From: the human T2T-CHM13v2.0 reference genome, Homo sapiens | Strand: one strand, 5' to 3' | Length of the DNA: 64,000 nucleotides | NCBI RefSeq assembly: GCF_009914755.1 | Contig: NC_060930.1 | Part shown: one piece after another, positions 16,448 to 30,999 of the stretch | Layout: the number at the start of each line of letters is the position of its first letter | How positions within the stretch are numbered: position 1 is the stretch's first letter | The notes under the pieces: generated by a model | The model's input: the letters and a program-made list of their open reading frames with translations, nothing else | Told to the model about the DNA's origin: nothing | Database searches by the model: none | Translations under genes and position numbers: made by a program

Positions 16448-17509
16448 TATCGGGGGACCTGCCCGGATAATCACGTAGTTTCTTTTCTATTTTCCTAAGC
16501 ATCGGCCGGCTTGAGAAATAAAGGGACAGAGTACAAAAGAGAGAAATTTTAAAGCTGGGGGAGACATCACACGTTGGTAGGATCCACAGTGCCCCACAAG
16601 CCACAAAAACCAGCAAGTTTTTATTAGGGATTTTCAAAAGGGGAGGGAGTGTGCGAATAGGTGTGGGTGACAGACATCAAGTACTTAACAGGGTAATAGA
16701 ATATCACAAGGTAAGTGGAGGCAGGGCGAGATCACAGGACCACAGGACCGAGGCGAAATTAAAATTGCTAATGAAGTTTCAGGCACCATTGTCATCAATA
16801 ACATCTTATCAGGAGACATGGTTTTGAGATCAACTGATCTGATCAAAATTTATTAGGTGGGAATTTCCTCTTCCTAATAAGCCTGGGAGTGCTATGGGAG
16901 ACTGGAATCTATCTCACCTCTGCAATCTCGACCAGAAGAGATAGGTACGCCCCGGGGGGGCCAGTTCAGAGACCTACCCCTAGGTGCGCATTCTCTTTCT
17001 CAGGGACATTCCATGCTGAGAAAAAGAATTCAGCAATATTTCTCCCATTTGCTTTTGAAAGAAGAGAAATATGGCTCTGTTCTGCCTGGCTCACCGGCAG
17101 TCAGAGTTTAAGGTTATCTCTCTTATTCCCTGAACAATTGCTGTTATCCTGTTCTTTTTTCAAGGTGCCCACATTTCATATTGCTCAAACACACATACTG
17201 TACAATTTGTGCAGTTAATGCAATTATCACATAGTCCTGAGGCGACGTACATCCTCCTCGGCTGATAGGATTAAGAGATTAAAGTAAAGGCAGGCATAGG
17301 AAATCACAAGGGTATTGATTGGGGAAGTGATAAGTGTCCATGAAATCTTTACAATTTATGTTTAGAGATTGCAGTAAAGACAGGCATAAGAAATTACAAA
17401 AGTATTAATTTGGGGAACTAATAAATGTGCATAAAATCTTCACAATCCACATTCTTCTGTTCTGGCTTCAGCCGGTCCCTCTGTTTGGGGTCCCTGACTT
17501 CCCGCAACA
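16448..17509 (-). mobile_element. MER11 (HML-8/HERV-K11) solo LTR
   Basis: Minus strand starts TGTTGCGGGAAGTCAGGGACCCCAAAC; ~1.06 kb; near-perfect 6-bp TSD gaatat/taatat. Confidence 0.88.
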
Positions 17510-18328
17510 TAATATTAATGGACTCTCCTTGTAACCTCCCAGGAGCTTCCAATATGTTTAAATAAAACTTAATTCCTTACTATGGCCACCAAGGCCGAAT
17601 ATGATGCAGCTCCTGACTTTCTCTCTCTCTTACCTCATCTTCTGCCACTCCACCCCTTGCTTTCCATCCCTCAGCCCCTCTAACCTTCTTTCTGTCTCTT
17701 CAACACAGCACACGCCTTCCCATTCCTTGGCCTTTCCCCTTTTCTGTCTGTCTGGAACACTTGTCCCTTAGATCTTCACATGGCTGTCTTATTGTTCTTG
17801 TCTCAGCTAAATGTGAGCTCTCCTCAGGGAGGGCTCCCAAACTACCTGTGAATCCAATGTGAAGTTGGGTGAATCCAATTCTCTCTGTCCTATCACCCTG
17901 ATGTCTTTTTTTAAAGGCATTATTGCTCTCTGAATTTTTCTTTTTTGTTAAATATTTATTGGGATATTGTCTGTCTCCTCTGGTATTGAGTTCCATGAGA
18001 GTAGGGATCTTTTTTATCCTATTCAAGTAGAAATCTCTGAGCCTAGAACAGAGACCAGAACAAAACTTTTGCTCAGAAACATACCTGTGGTCTAAATGAA
18101 TAAACCGAAGTTCTGGGAACTGATCACTCTGGGTATTCTAGAAAGCAGAAAAGGGCTCAAGCTCCTGCACCCTTTCATTCTAATGACATGCTATATCCCT
18201 TCTCCTCCCTGTGAGAAATTAAGGCAAACTTCTTTTCTCTCCTCTTTCTAGTTGGAAGAAGGATTCACAGATAAGGAAACAGTGATTGTAAGAAAGAAAA
18301 AAATTTTCATTAAGAATTACCTCTTTTC

Positions 18329-18556
18329 TGCCGGGCGCAGTGGCTCACGCCTGTAATCCTAGCACTTTGGGAGGCTGAGGCAGGCGGATCATGAGGTAAG
18401 GAGTTTGAGAACAGCCTGGCCAACATGGTGAAACCCCGTCTCTACTAAAAATACAAAAATTACCTGGGAGGTGGAGGTTGCAGTGAGCTGAGACTGCACC
18501 ATTGCACTCCAGCCTGGGCAACAGAGCGAGACTCCATCTCAAAAAAAAAAAAAAAA
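18329..18556 (+). mobile_element. Alu with internal deletion
   Basis: Left arm, then jump AAAATTA|CCTGGGAGG into right arm; polyA. Confidence 0.9.
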
Positions 18557-18565
18557 GAATTATCG

Positions 18566-21720
<3,155 letters not shown>

Positions 21721-21813
21721 CTTTAAAGCTAGAATTAGTTTCTAAAACTGAACATGAATTGACTCTCCTTGTAACCATCCAGTAGTGTCTCACATCTATT
21801 TAAATAAAATTCA

Positions 21814-22110
21814 GGCTGGGTACGGAGACTAATGACTGTAATCCCAGCAGTTTGGGAAGCCAAGGCAGGCAGATTACCGGAGGTCAGGAGTTCGAGACCA
21901 GCGTGGCCAACATGGTAAAACCCTGTCTCTACTAAAAATACTAAAAAATTAGCCTGGCATGGTGGCAGGCGCCTGTAGTCCCAGCTACTCGGGAGGCTGA
22001 GGCAGGAAAATCACGTGAGCCCAGGAGGCAGAGGTTGTAGTGAGCCGAGGCCACGCCATTGCATCCAGCCTGGGCAACAAGAACGAAACTCCATCTCAAA
22101 AAATAAATAA
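21814..22110 (+). mobile_element. Alu at the same site as DRB3 Alu 53607-53910
   Basis: Same flanks atttaaataaaattcag / aaattcaaattt. Confidence 0.9.
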
Positions 22111-22909
22111 TGAAATAAAAAAATGAAAATAAATAAAATAAAATTCAAATTTCTTACCATGGACATCAGAGCCTAATATAATGAGGCTCCTGACTTCCTC
22201 TCTGCTTCCTACCTCATCCTCTGCCTCTGCATTTCCTTGAATGCTATAGTTCAGTGTCTCTAGCTTTCTTTCTGTCCCTGCACGTAATTTCCCACACCAG
22301 GGCTTCCTGCTCCCCCTGCCCCCACATTCTGTCTCCCTGGAACTTTCGTCCCTTAGATCTTCACATGGCTCTCTACTTATTTTGTTGTCTCAGCTGAATG
22401 TCACTTTCTCAGGCAGAGCTTTCTAAACACATGAGCTAAAGTTGGGTGAATCCATTTCTCTCTTTTCCACAAACCTGATGTCTTTTCTTCAGTGCACTAT
22501 TACTCTCTAACGTTATCTTCTTTGTTAATTGCATATTGGGTTAATGTCTGTCTCCTCTATTGTTGTGTAACTTCCATGAGAGTCGGGACCCTCTCTATCT
22601 TAATCAAATACAATGATTTGAACTTGGAATGGAGCCGAGTACACAGTAGCTGCTGAGAAAAATAAGTGTGGTTTACATGAATAAACCAGGGATCTGGGAA
22701 CTGATCACTGTTTGGATCCTGGAAAGCAAGAAGGGGCTCAAACTCCAGCACTCTTTCATTTTGATGTCACACTAGACCCCTTCTCCTCCCGGTGTGAAAT
22801 ACAGGCAAAGTTCTTCTTTCTCCTCCTTCTAGTTGTAAGAATTCACAGATAAAGATTAACAGTGATTTAAGAAATAATAAATTTTTAAATTAAGATTCAT
22901 CTATTTTTT

Positions 22910-23197
22910 GCCTGGGTGCGGTGGCTCAAACCTATAACCCTAGCATGTTGGGAGGTCAAGGCTGGAGGATTGCTTGAGTCCAGCAGTTTAAGACCAGCCT
23001 GGGTAACATAGCAAAGTCTCATCTCTAGCAAAATTACAAAAATCAGCTGGGCATGGTTTCCTGCCTGTAGTCTCCACTACTCTGGAGGCTGAGGAGGGAG
23101 GCTCGCTTGAGCCTGGGAGGCAGAGGTTGCAGTAAGCCTAGATCATAACACGGAACTACAGCATGGGTGACAGAGCCAGGCCTTGTCTCAAAAAAAG
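22910..23197 (+). mobile_element. AluJ-like, paralog of 54685-54967
   Basis: GAGGATTGCTTGAG..CAGCAGTTTAAGACC shared by both copies. Confidence 0.9.
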
Positions 23198-24386
23198 GAA
23201 AAAATCTCTTTCAATGGATCTCATAGTGCTCTGGGTCTGTGCAAGCTTTAGGAATTTCTGGAAATGATGACAACATAGCTGGGGAAAAATAAAAACTGGA
23301 GGAAGAGGTAAGCAGACATGGCTAATTAAGGAAAGCTGAGGGCATAATGGGTGAACCTATGAAATTTAAGACAAGACCCCAGTAAGACAATGAGTTCCCA
23401 GGACTTGCTCATTGACTTTCAGCCCTATGGGATGTGAACAATGTCCACATTGTCTCTATAACCCCACACAGTATATAGTTTGAACATTATTAAATTTCTG
23501 ATATTTGACTGTTTTTGACTTACAAAAATAGAATTTCATATAATTTATCCTACGTTAGTTGAATATCTTCTTGTTATGTCTAGTTAGAGCATGTAGGACA
23601 TGTAGGAGAAATTTCTATAGAAAGGTTAGAAGAGATTCGTAATAAACACTAAGCTGGGCCAGGTTTTCCGAGGATGCCTTAAGTTCTTTAGGCACGAAAG
23701 AACACCCCAGAGATGCTCTTTATCTGTAGGGTGACTCCAAGTACTAAAGATCTTAGCTTCAGTTCCAGGGATTTTTCCCCATAAGAAAGACAGAGCACTA
23801 AGTATAACTTCTGTCAGAGAACCTACATACACTACAGGGATATAGGCTTTATAAACATTGGAGTTAGAAAGAAAAAGAAAGGAGATAATGGGGAGGCCAT
23901 TGGTACATCCTCACATTTGAGGAAGAGGGGCCAACACCAAAGTTCCTGTGGAGGACATAACCCAGGATCCTCTAGAAGAGACCCTTTGAATTCCCTTGAC
24001 TCCCACAAAATTTTCAGTAAAAACGTCATTTTGTCTGACGTAAGTCAACATAATAAAGGGAAGTGCCGTATGGGGAAATTATTTTAGCATCCTTATTTCC
24101 AAATCCTCTAAACACCCTGAGGACATGTGATGCAAAGGTTTTATTGGTGGAGATTTGAAAAGAAATGATCTGTACGAAGGCCCCTTACACAGTCTCATGG
24201 ACTGTGTCATGAGCAAGTAGTCAAGCTCCTTTCGTGGAGGAGATAATTTGGGATCCAATAATACAGATGCACAATCTCTGACCAAAAAGTCACAAAGTCT
24301 TAAGGGACATGGCCTGGGCACAATGTTAACAAAACTCCCTATTTTCCCCACCCCATAGTAGCTCAACACCCACAATGTGCACTTAT

Positions 24387-24484
24387 ATCCGGTGTCCCCA
24401 GCCAAAGCCAGTGGGAAGCTCAGCACCATCAGTGTCACTGTCAGCGCTGCCATGCGGGAGCCTCCAGGGAGCTTCACACACCAT
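24387..24484 (-). pseudogene. Disabled DRB exon 1 (would be read as DRB9 exon 1)
   Basis: ATGGTGTGTGAAGCTC (2-nt deletion vs DRB3 ATGGTGTGTCTGAAGCTC); KLPGGSRMAALTVTLMVLSFPLALAGDT out of frame with the ATG; donor GT changed to AT at 24385-24386. Confidence 0.9.
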
Positions 24485-24629
24485 GCTGGAGAACAGGAAA
24501 GGACCAGGGGCCAGAGGAGGAGGCAAGTCTTACTCAGGAAGAACTATGAACCCCTCCACCCACATTCCAAATTATGGGGAGGAGGTTACTGACTTCCTTG
24601 CTCCTGGGTTGGGTAATCTCGTGTTGGAG

Positions 24630-24694
24630 AACCAATCAGCATCTGAGTTCAATAGCATCATCAGTTGCTGGTCAGAGATGCTGTATGAAGGTCC
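24630..24694 (-). promoter_or_regulatory. Intact S-X-Y module upstream of the pseudo-exon 1
   Basis: S GGACCTT 24688-24694; X GACCAGCAACTGATGATGCT 24654-24673; Y CTGATTGGTT 24630-24639; spacing identical to DRB3. Confidence 0.88.
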
Positions 24695-25468
24695 TCTTCT
24701 GAAACAGAATTTCCTTCTTTAAAGGATTGTTTTTAAATTAGTACTTGAAAGATTTGATCCAGTTGCATGTAAAACACTTTAATTGGGTCCGATTGTGAGC
24801 CAGCTCTGTGCTGGTCAGTGATGTGTTCATAAGTTTGAGCCTTGTAAGAGCATTCATTTCCCACTTAACAAGACAACTGTTTGCAGAAGTGAGTGTGTGA
24901 GTGTGTTTAGGAGTAAAGGAGATGGAAGGAACATGGTTGTAAATCCGGAGACATTTAAACTGGTCCTTATTGCACCATATCTTAATGTTGTAGATTTGGG
25001 AAAATTATTTCATGTCTCACAGTTGAAATGAAGGCACTGTGATCTTTCAGGTCTTTCGATACTGGAAAATGCTGTGATTCTGTGGACGCCTGAAGGAGCA
25101 GCAGCCCCGGGTATCTGATAATATGACAGAATGACAGCTATTGACTAGAGAGCTTAATCCGTACCTGTTTACAGGTAGGGATGTCTTTAATAAGTTAAAG
25201 GAAATTGAAAGTTTGTTAATAATTTAATCTGAGTAAGAATATCTTTTTCAAGTGTGTCTCCTGATGCTGCCCCCAGGTTTAGTGGCCCCTCCAGAACACA
25301 CACAGGCAAGGGGCTAACAGGGGCCACCTATGTGCAATGGAGGGTCTGAAGGTGCCTTTGTATGGCATTTACCCTAACAATGTGATAAGGTCAACTGTGC
25401 AATCCAAGTATTCATGGGTCTGAGAGATCGATCGAAGACTGTGAAAGTTAGCTGTTCATAGAACAACT

Positions 25469-25757
25469 CTTTTTTTTTTGAGACGGAGTCTGTCTCTGTT
25501 GCCCAGGCTGGAGTGCAGTGGAGCGATCTCAGCTCACTGCAACATCTGCCTCCTCGGTTCAAAGATTCTCCTGCCTCAACCTCCCAAGTAACTCTGACTA
25601 CAGGCACTTGCCACCATGCTTGGTTAATTTTTTGTATTTTTAGTGGAGATGGGTTTCACTGTGTTAGCCAAGATGGTCTCGATCTCCTGACCTCATGTTC
25701 TTCCTGCCTCGGCCTCCCAAACTGCTGGGGTTACAGGCGTGAGCCATCGTGCCTGGC
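25469..25757 (-). mobile_element. Alu, paralog of 57244-57547
   Basis: Shared private variants GTAACTCTGACTACA and CTGCTGGGGTTAC. Confidence 0.9.
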
Positions 25758-26129
25758 CACATTATGTTTTAAAATAATGAATATTTTATGTGAAGAGTGT
25801 TCAATCCCTCATTCTTGGTTCCCATTATGATTTCCTCATTTGATTGAGGCTATAGCACTTTATATTATGTTTCTCTTGTTTTATCATAAGGGAAGATAAA
25901 AGACGACTTTGCTAACTAATACATTTCAGAATATTCAGGAAAGAGAACACTAGGGAAAACTATGAATTACATCAGTTGATGTAACTATGTAATATTAAAC
26001 ATATTATTATACATTTAGATAATTACTATGCTTTTTATTAATATAAATATAACATCTAAGATTCAGAATGGACTTCAGAATACAACTATGCTTATAAAGT
26101 TCTGCATTAATTCACATGCTACCACATAG

Positions 26130-26457
<328 letters not shown>

Positions 26458-28295
26458 CTAAAGTCTGTAACCTGTCTTTATGGAGAACTACTTTTGAGGC
26501 CGTACACTTCTTTCAGTAACAATATTGTCTAAGTAATGGTATGGCAAAGTTGTTTCTACCTTTTCTGGAGCTATTTTGACATTCCATTTAGTTAAAGCCT
26601 ACTTTGTTTCTTAGAATAACCGATGTAAGATTTGATCTGTAGGAGTGGCCAAAAGAATGTCATCCATAAAATGAATGATGTAAGCAGTAGGAAACATATT
26701 TCGAGGCTCCTTTAATGCCTGTCCTACAAAATGCTGACATAACGTAGGACTGTTAAGCATGCCTTGGGATAAAACTCTCCATTGATAGCAAGAAACAGGT
26801 TCTTTTTGATTAATAGAAGGCACAGAGAGGGCAAATCGAGGCTTATCCTTCTTGTGTAATGGTATAGTGAAGAAACAATCCTTAAGATGTATTACTACAA
26901 GAAGCCAATCTCTAGGAATGACCACTGGAGTTGGCAAACCTTGCTGTAATGGACCCATTGGTTCAATTTGTGCATTAACTCCAAACATGCAGCAGTCACC
27001 ACCTTCCGGACTTTTTTGGAATAACAAACACTGGTGAATTCTGGGGGCTTACTGACTCCTCTACATGTCCTGTGTCCTGTTGTTCTTATACTAGCTGCTG
27101 AAGTTGTGTCAGCTTCTCCTGAGATAGGGGCCATTGATCCACACATACAGGTTTGTCACTGGCCATTCTAATGGTAAGGCAGAGGGTGGAGGAGAAATAT
27201 CAATGACCCTCATCAGAAATCCTGACGTCCTAGCCCTCTTCTATCTGTTTTTTCCAGTTATTGATGTTGGGTTAGCTTTTCCTCGTAGGAATTTCCCTAA
27301 ACCTTTCCCACTCTGATATCCCATGTCCTTCAACATTTTAAATTCTGGGTTATCAAAGTTTTCATTTGTAAGTCTCATATTCCATGCTGTAAGTAAGTCT
27401 CGATCCCATAAATTGATTGCCATATTTGCAACATAAGGCTGAAAAGTACATGGCTGTCCATCCGGACCAAGACAAGGTAAAATGTCAGCACTCTGTTGAA
27501 CACTTTTAGCTGCTCCTACTCCCACTAGGGATGTGGAGGTTAGTCTGAGAGACCATACTGGGGGTCAGTCCTTACTGGATATTACTGACACTTCAGCTCC
27601 TCTATCCATAAGTCCTATGGGCTATGGGATGGGATAGATAGATTTCCCTTGTAGTTGTGCTCTCAAACCCTTTATTTCCTCGTTTCTCCTTTCGTGGAGA
27701 AGGATTTAATTTGCAGGGAATAAGCAACGACCGAGCAATATATTCTCCCAGTTCAAAAATGCAAAGATTTTCGACATTAAAACTACTTGAATTTCTCCTT
27801 CATAAATGGAATCAACTATTCCAGGGACTACAGTCATGCCTTGCAAGTTAAGGGGGCTTTTGCCTAAAATTAGTCCTATGTATCCTGTTGGTAAATATCC
27901 CCAAATGCCAGTGGGAACCTTGGTAGGTTTGTCTCCTCCAACTAATGTAGTTCTTTCTCTGGTGGGGATATCTAATCCTGCACTTCCTGGTGTTCCTGAG
28001 GTGAGGAACACCAGGAATCAATGTTTTTCCTGAGACCCATCCCTGAAGTGGGACTGTGGTCTGAACTGGAAATGCCCTCATTGCTTGAGGGGCCCGGGTC
28101 CACGCCCCCTTCTAGTTTCGTGACAGGTGGGTGCTGTTTTGATGAAATTTTGAGCGGCACTGATTAGCCTAGTGATTTCCTTTGTTACAGTGAGGACAAA
28201 GTCCTGGTGTTTTTTTCTGCTGGGTGGGGCACTGCATCGTAATGTCCTTTCTGTCCTGAGATCTGGCGGAATTCCTTTTTAAAATGTCCAGTTTT

Positions 28296-28671
<376 letters not shown>

Positions 28672-30143
28672 CTAAATTAGCCATTGCCTGCACTAATATT
28701 GTAGAGCAATGAAGCTCATTTCCCACATCTTGACAAGCTCTGAGAAAATTTCCCAAGTTTTTTGTACACCTCACAGGTGCCGATGCACGTTTACAATCTG
28801 CATTTGCATTCTCAAAAGCTAGAGTTAAGGTTAGCATCTCTGCAGCAGTGGTGTGATAAATCTGATGCTTCATTGCCTTCTATAGTCATGCAAGAAATTG
28901 TGCATAAGGTTCTTGTGACCCTTGCATGATATGTAAAAAGGATTGCACTGGGACTCCCTCTTCTGGAATTGTGGCCCAGTCACATTTAGCAGCCTGTGCA
29001 CACTGCTGGCATTTGGGAGTGCCATTTGATGTTCCAGGTCTGAATAAGGGCCATTACCTAAGAGCATGTCCTCTGTAATGTCTCTGTGTCCAGCCACACA
29101 ATTCCGTCTAGCCTGGTCTGCACACATTTCTTGCCAATTTAAATTCCATGTCAGGTATGCACTAGGAGACAAACAAGTGTGAGCCAAATTCTTTACATTG
29201 AAGGGTAGAAGGCGCACAGCACCAAATACAGATACTAGCAATCCTAAAGTGAACAGGCTCTGTACACCATTATTTACCACACTCCTTTCAATTCCTTCAA
29301 CAACTTAAACTCTAGTGGAGTGTGTTCATGAATAAGCTGCTATGGATTATTTGGATCAGGCCTTACAGAAATAGGAAAAGTGCAAGGTCCTAAGGGCTCT
29401 CCAGCTATGGCAGCAAGGTGTAAAATTCTCTGTATTGGGGTCTCTATTTCTGCTACCGAAGGAGGCAGTACAGATGTTTCTGCTATTGGAGGAGGTGGTA
29501 TAGGCCAATTTTTATCCTCCTTCTCCTGTTTTTTATTTTCAATTGGAGCTGTGGGTGGGACAACAGATTTTTTCAGATTTTTAGACTCAGAACATCACTC
29601 CTGCTGTCCAGCAGAATAAGAAGGAGATAATGGCAGAAGGACAGTATGGACTAAACTCCAAGTGGAGAAAATGGAAGGATCAACTTTGAGACCTTTTTAC
29701 TGAGCCCGTTTTAATCCTTCTGCTCTGTCCCAATTTTCCATATCAAGAGTGCCTGTCTGTGGGAACCATGGGTTATGCATAATAACCTCCTGCAGCATTG
29801 TAGTTAATGTCTGAGATCTAACCTGAGCACCAGATTATTTCAACAAAACTTTAAGCAACTGCACATAATGTTTTTCTTCGATAGACAAATTCTGCCTCAT
29901 GTTACTCTGATTCAGAAAACTTCCCATTCCCAATACTTCTTTAGAGCACTGACCTTATATTGCTCCCAGTACCTCTTTAGGGCACTGACCTTATATCAGC
30001 TGCCAGCAGACTCATCTCGGGATCCCCATTCATCTTGTCAAATTCAGTTCCTCTGCTCCACCAGATCTTCTTTGTTCACATTCTCATGTCCCTGTGTTTA
30101 GAAACCACTATGGTGTCGCCCTGTCGCTGTTTGAACATCACTA

Positions 30144-30564
30144 TGCCATGGACCCTGTTGGACTGAACAGAGGAGGATGAACGTGGAAATAAAGACAAAA
30201 GAGTATATTTGGAAGAAGGGGTCAGGGGCACCTTGCTCTTTGTGAACAAAGGCCCTGAGCCTTGAGCTTCCTTTGTATTTACTGAGAAGAGATAGCAAGA
30301 AGGGGGTCGTTGTCGGTCTGCTGCTTGCTCCAGAGCAGCCTTCCAAGACTGCATTCCTTGAACAATAGATTCTAGATGTCCCAGTAGATAACCTGAAGGA
30401 GCTCAGCGCCAGGGAGTGATTGCCCTCAGCAAACCTTCTGGTGGCCAGCACAGAGGAGAGTTTGCCCCTGCTCTGTATTCATGATAAACAGTTTGCTGTT
30501 TGATCATATTGCCTCAGTGGAAATTCTGAGTTGGTCATGATTCTCCAGCCTCTGGCTCTCTACA
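30144..30564 (-). mobile_element. LTR3-family 5' LTR of the HML-6-like provirus
   Basis: TGTAGAGAGCC...ATATGATCAAACAGCAAACTGTTTATCATGAAT...GGGTCCATGGCA, followed by PBS-like sequence. Confidence 0.8.
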
Positions 30565-30688
30565 CTGAATGGATTCAACAAGAAAGTGGTTGAATTTATG
30601 CAACTGTCTAGTTATTTATAATGAAACAAGCAAAAATTAGCCATAAAGAAGTGAATTGGGTGATGATTGTATAAAAGATGTGAGTCTA

Positions 30689-30999
30689 GGCCAGGCATGG
30701 TGGCTCTCGCCTGTAATCCCAGCAATTTGGGAGTCTGAGGCGGGCAGATCATGAGGTCAGAAGATCGAGACCATCCTGGCTAACACAGTGAAAACCAGTC
30801 TCTATTAAAAAAATACAAAAAAATTAGCCAGGTGCAGTGTCAGGCACCTGTAGTCCCAGCTACTCGGGAGGCTGAGGCAGGAGAATGGCATGAACCCAGA
30901 GGCAGAGCTGGCAGTGAGCCGAGATTGTGCCACTGCACTCCAGCCTGGGTGACAGAGCGAGACTCCATCTCAAAAAAACAAAACAAAACAAAACAAAAA
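30689..30999 (+). mobile_element. AluY-like private to block C
   Basis: TSD aaaagatgt(g/a)agtcta; empty sites at ~13078 and ~50148. Confidence 0.9.

Larger units (their letters stand above)
10290..18330 (-). repeat. DRB paralog block A (DRB9 intron 2 start, exon 2, most of intron 1)
   Basis: Colinear with DRB3 ~47680-54680 once private TE insertions are removed. Confidence 0.85.

Noticed and set aside
24079-24477. 132-aa ORF starting with a DRB-like signal peptide as a secreted microprotein
   Set aside because: Starts at a GTG; the true ATG is out of frame and the rest is intron read-through (an internal ATG exists, but nothing supports its use)
24387-24484. Assigning this exon 1 to HLA-DRB2
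   Set aside because: On DR52 haplotypes DRB2 lies 5' of DRB3 (beyond the right end of this window), not between DRB9 and DRB3
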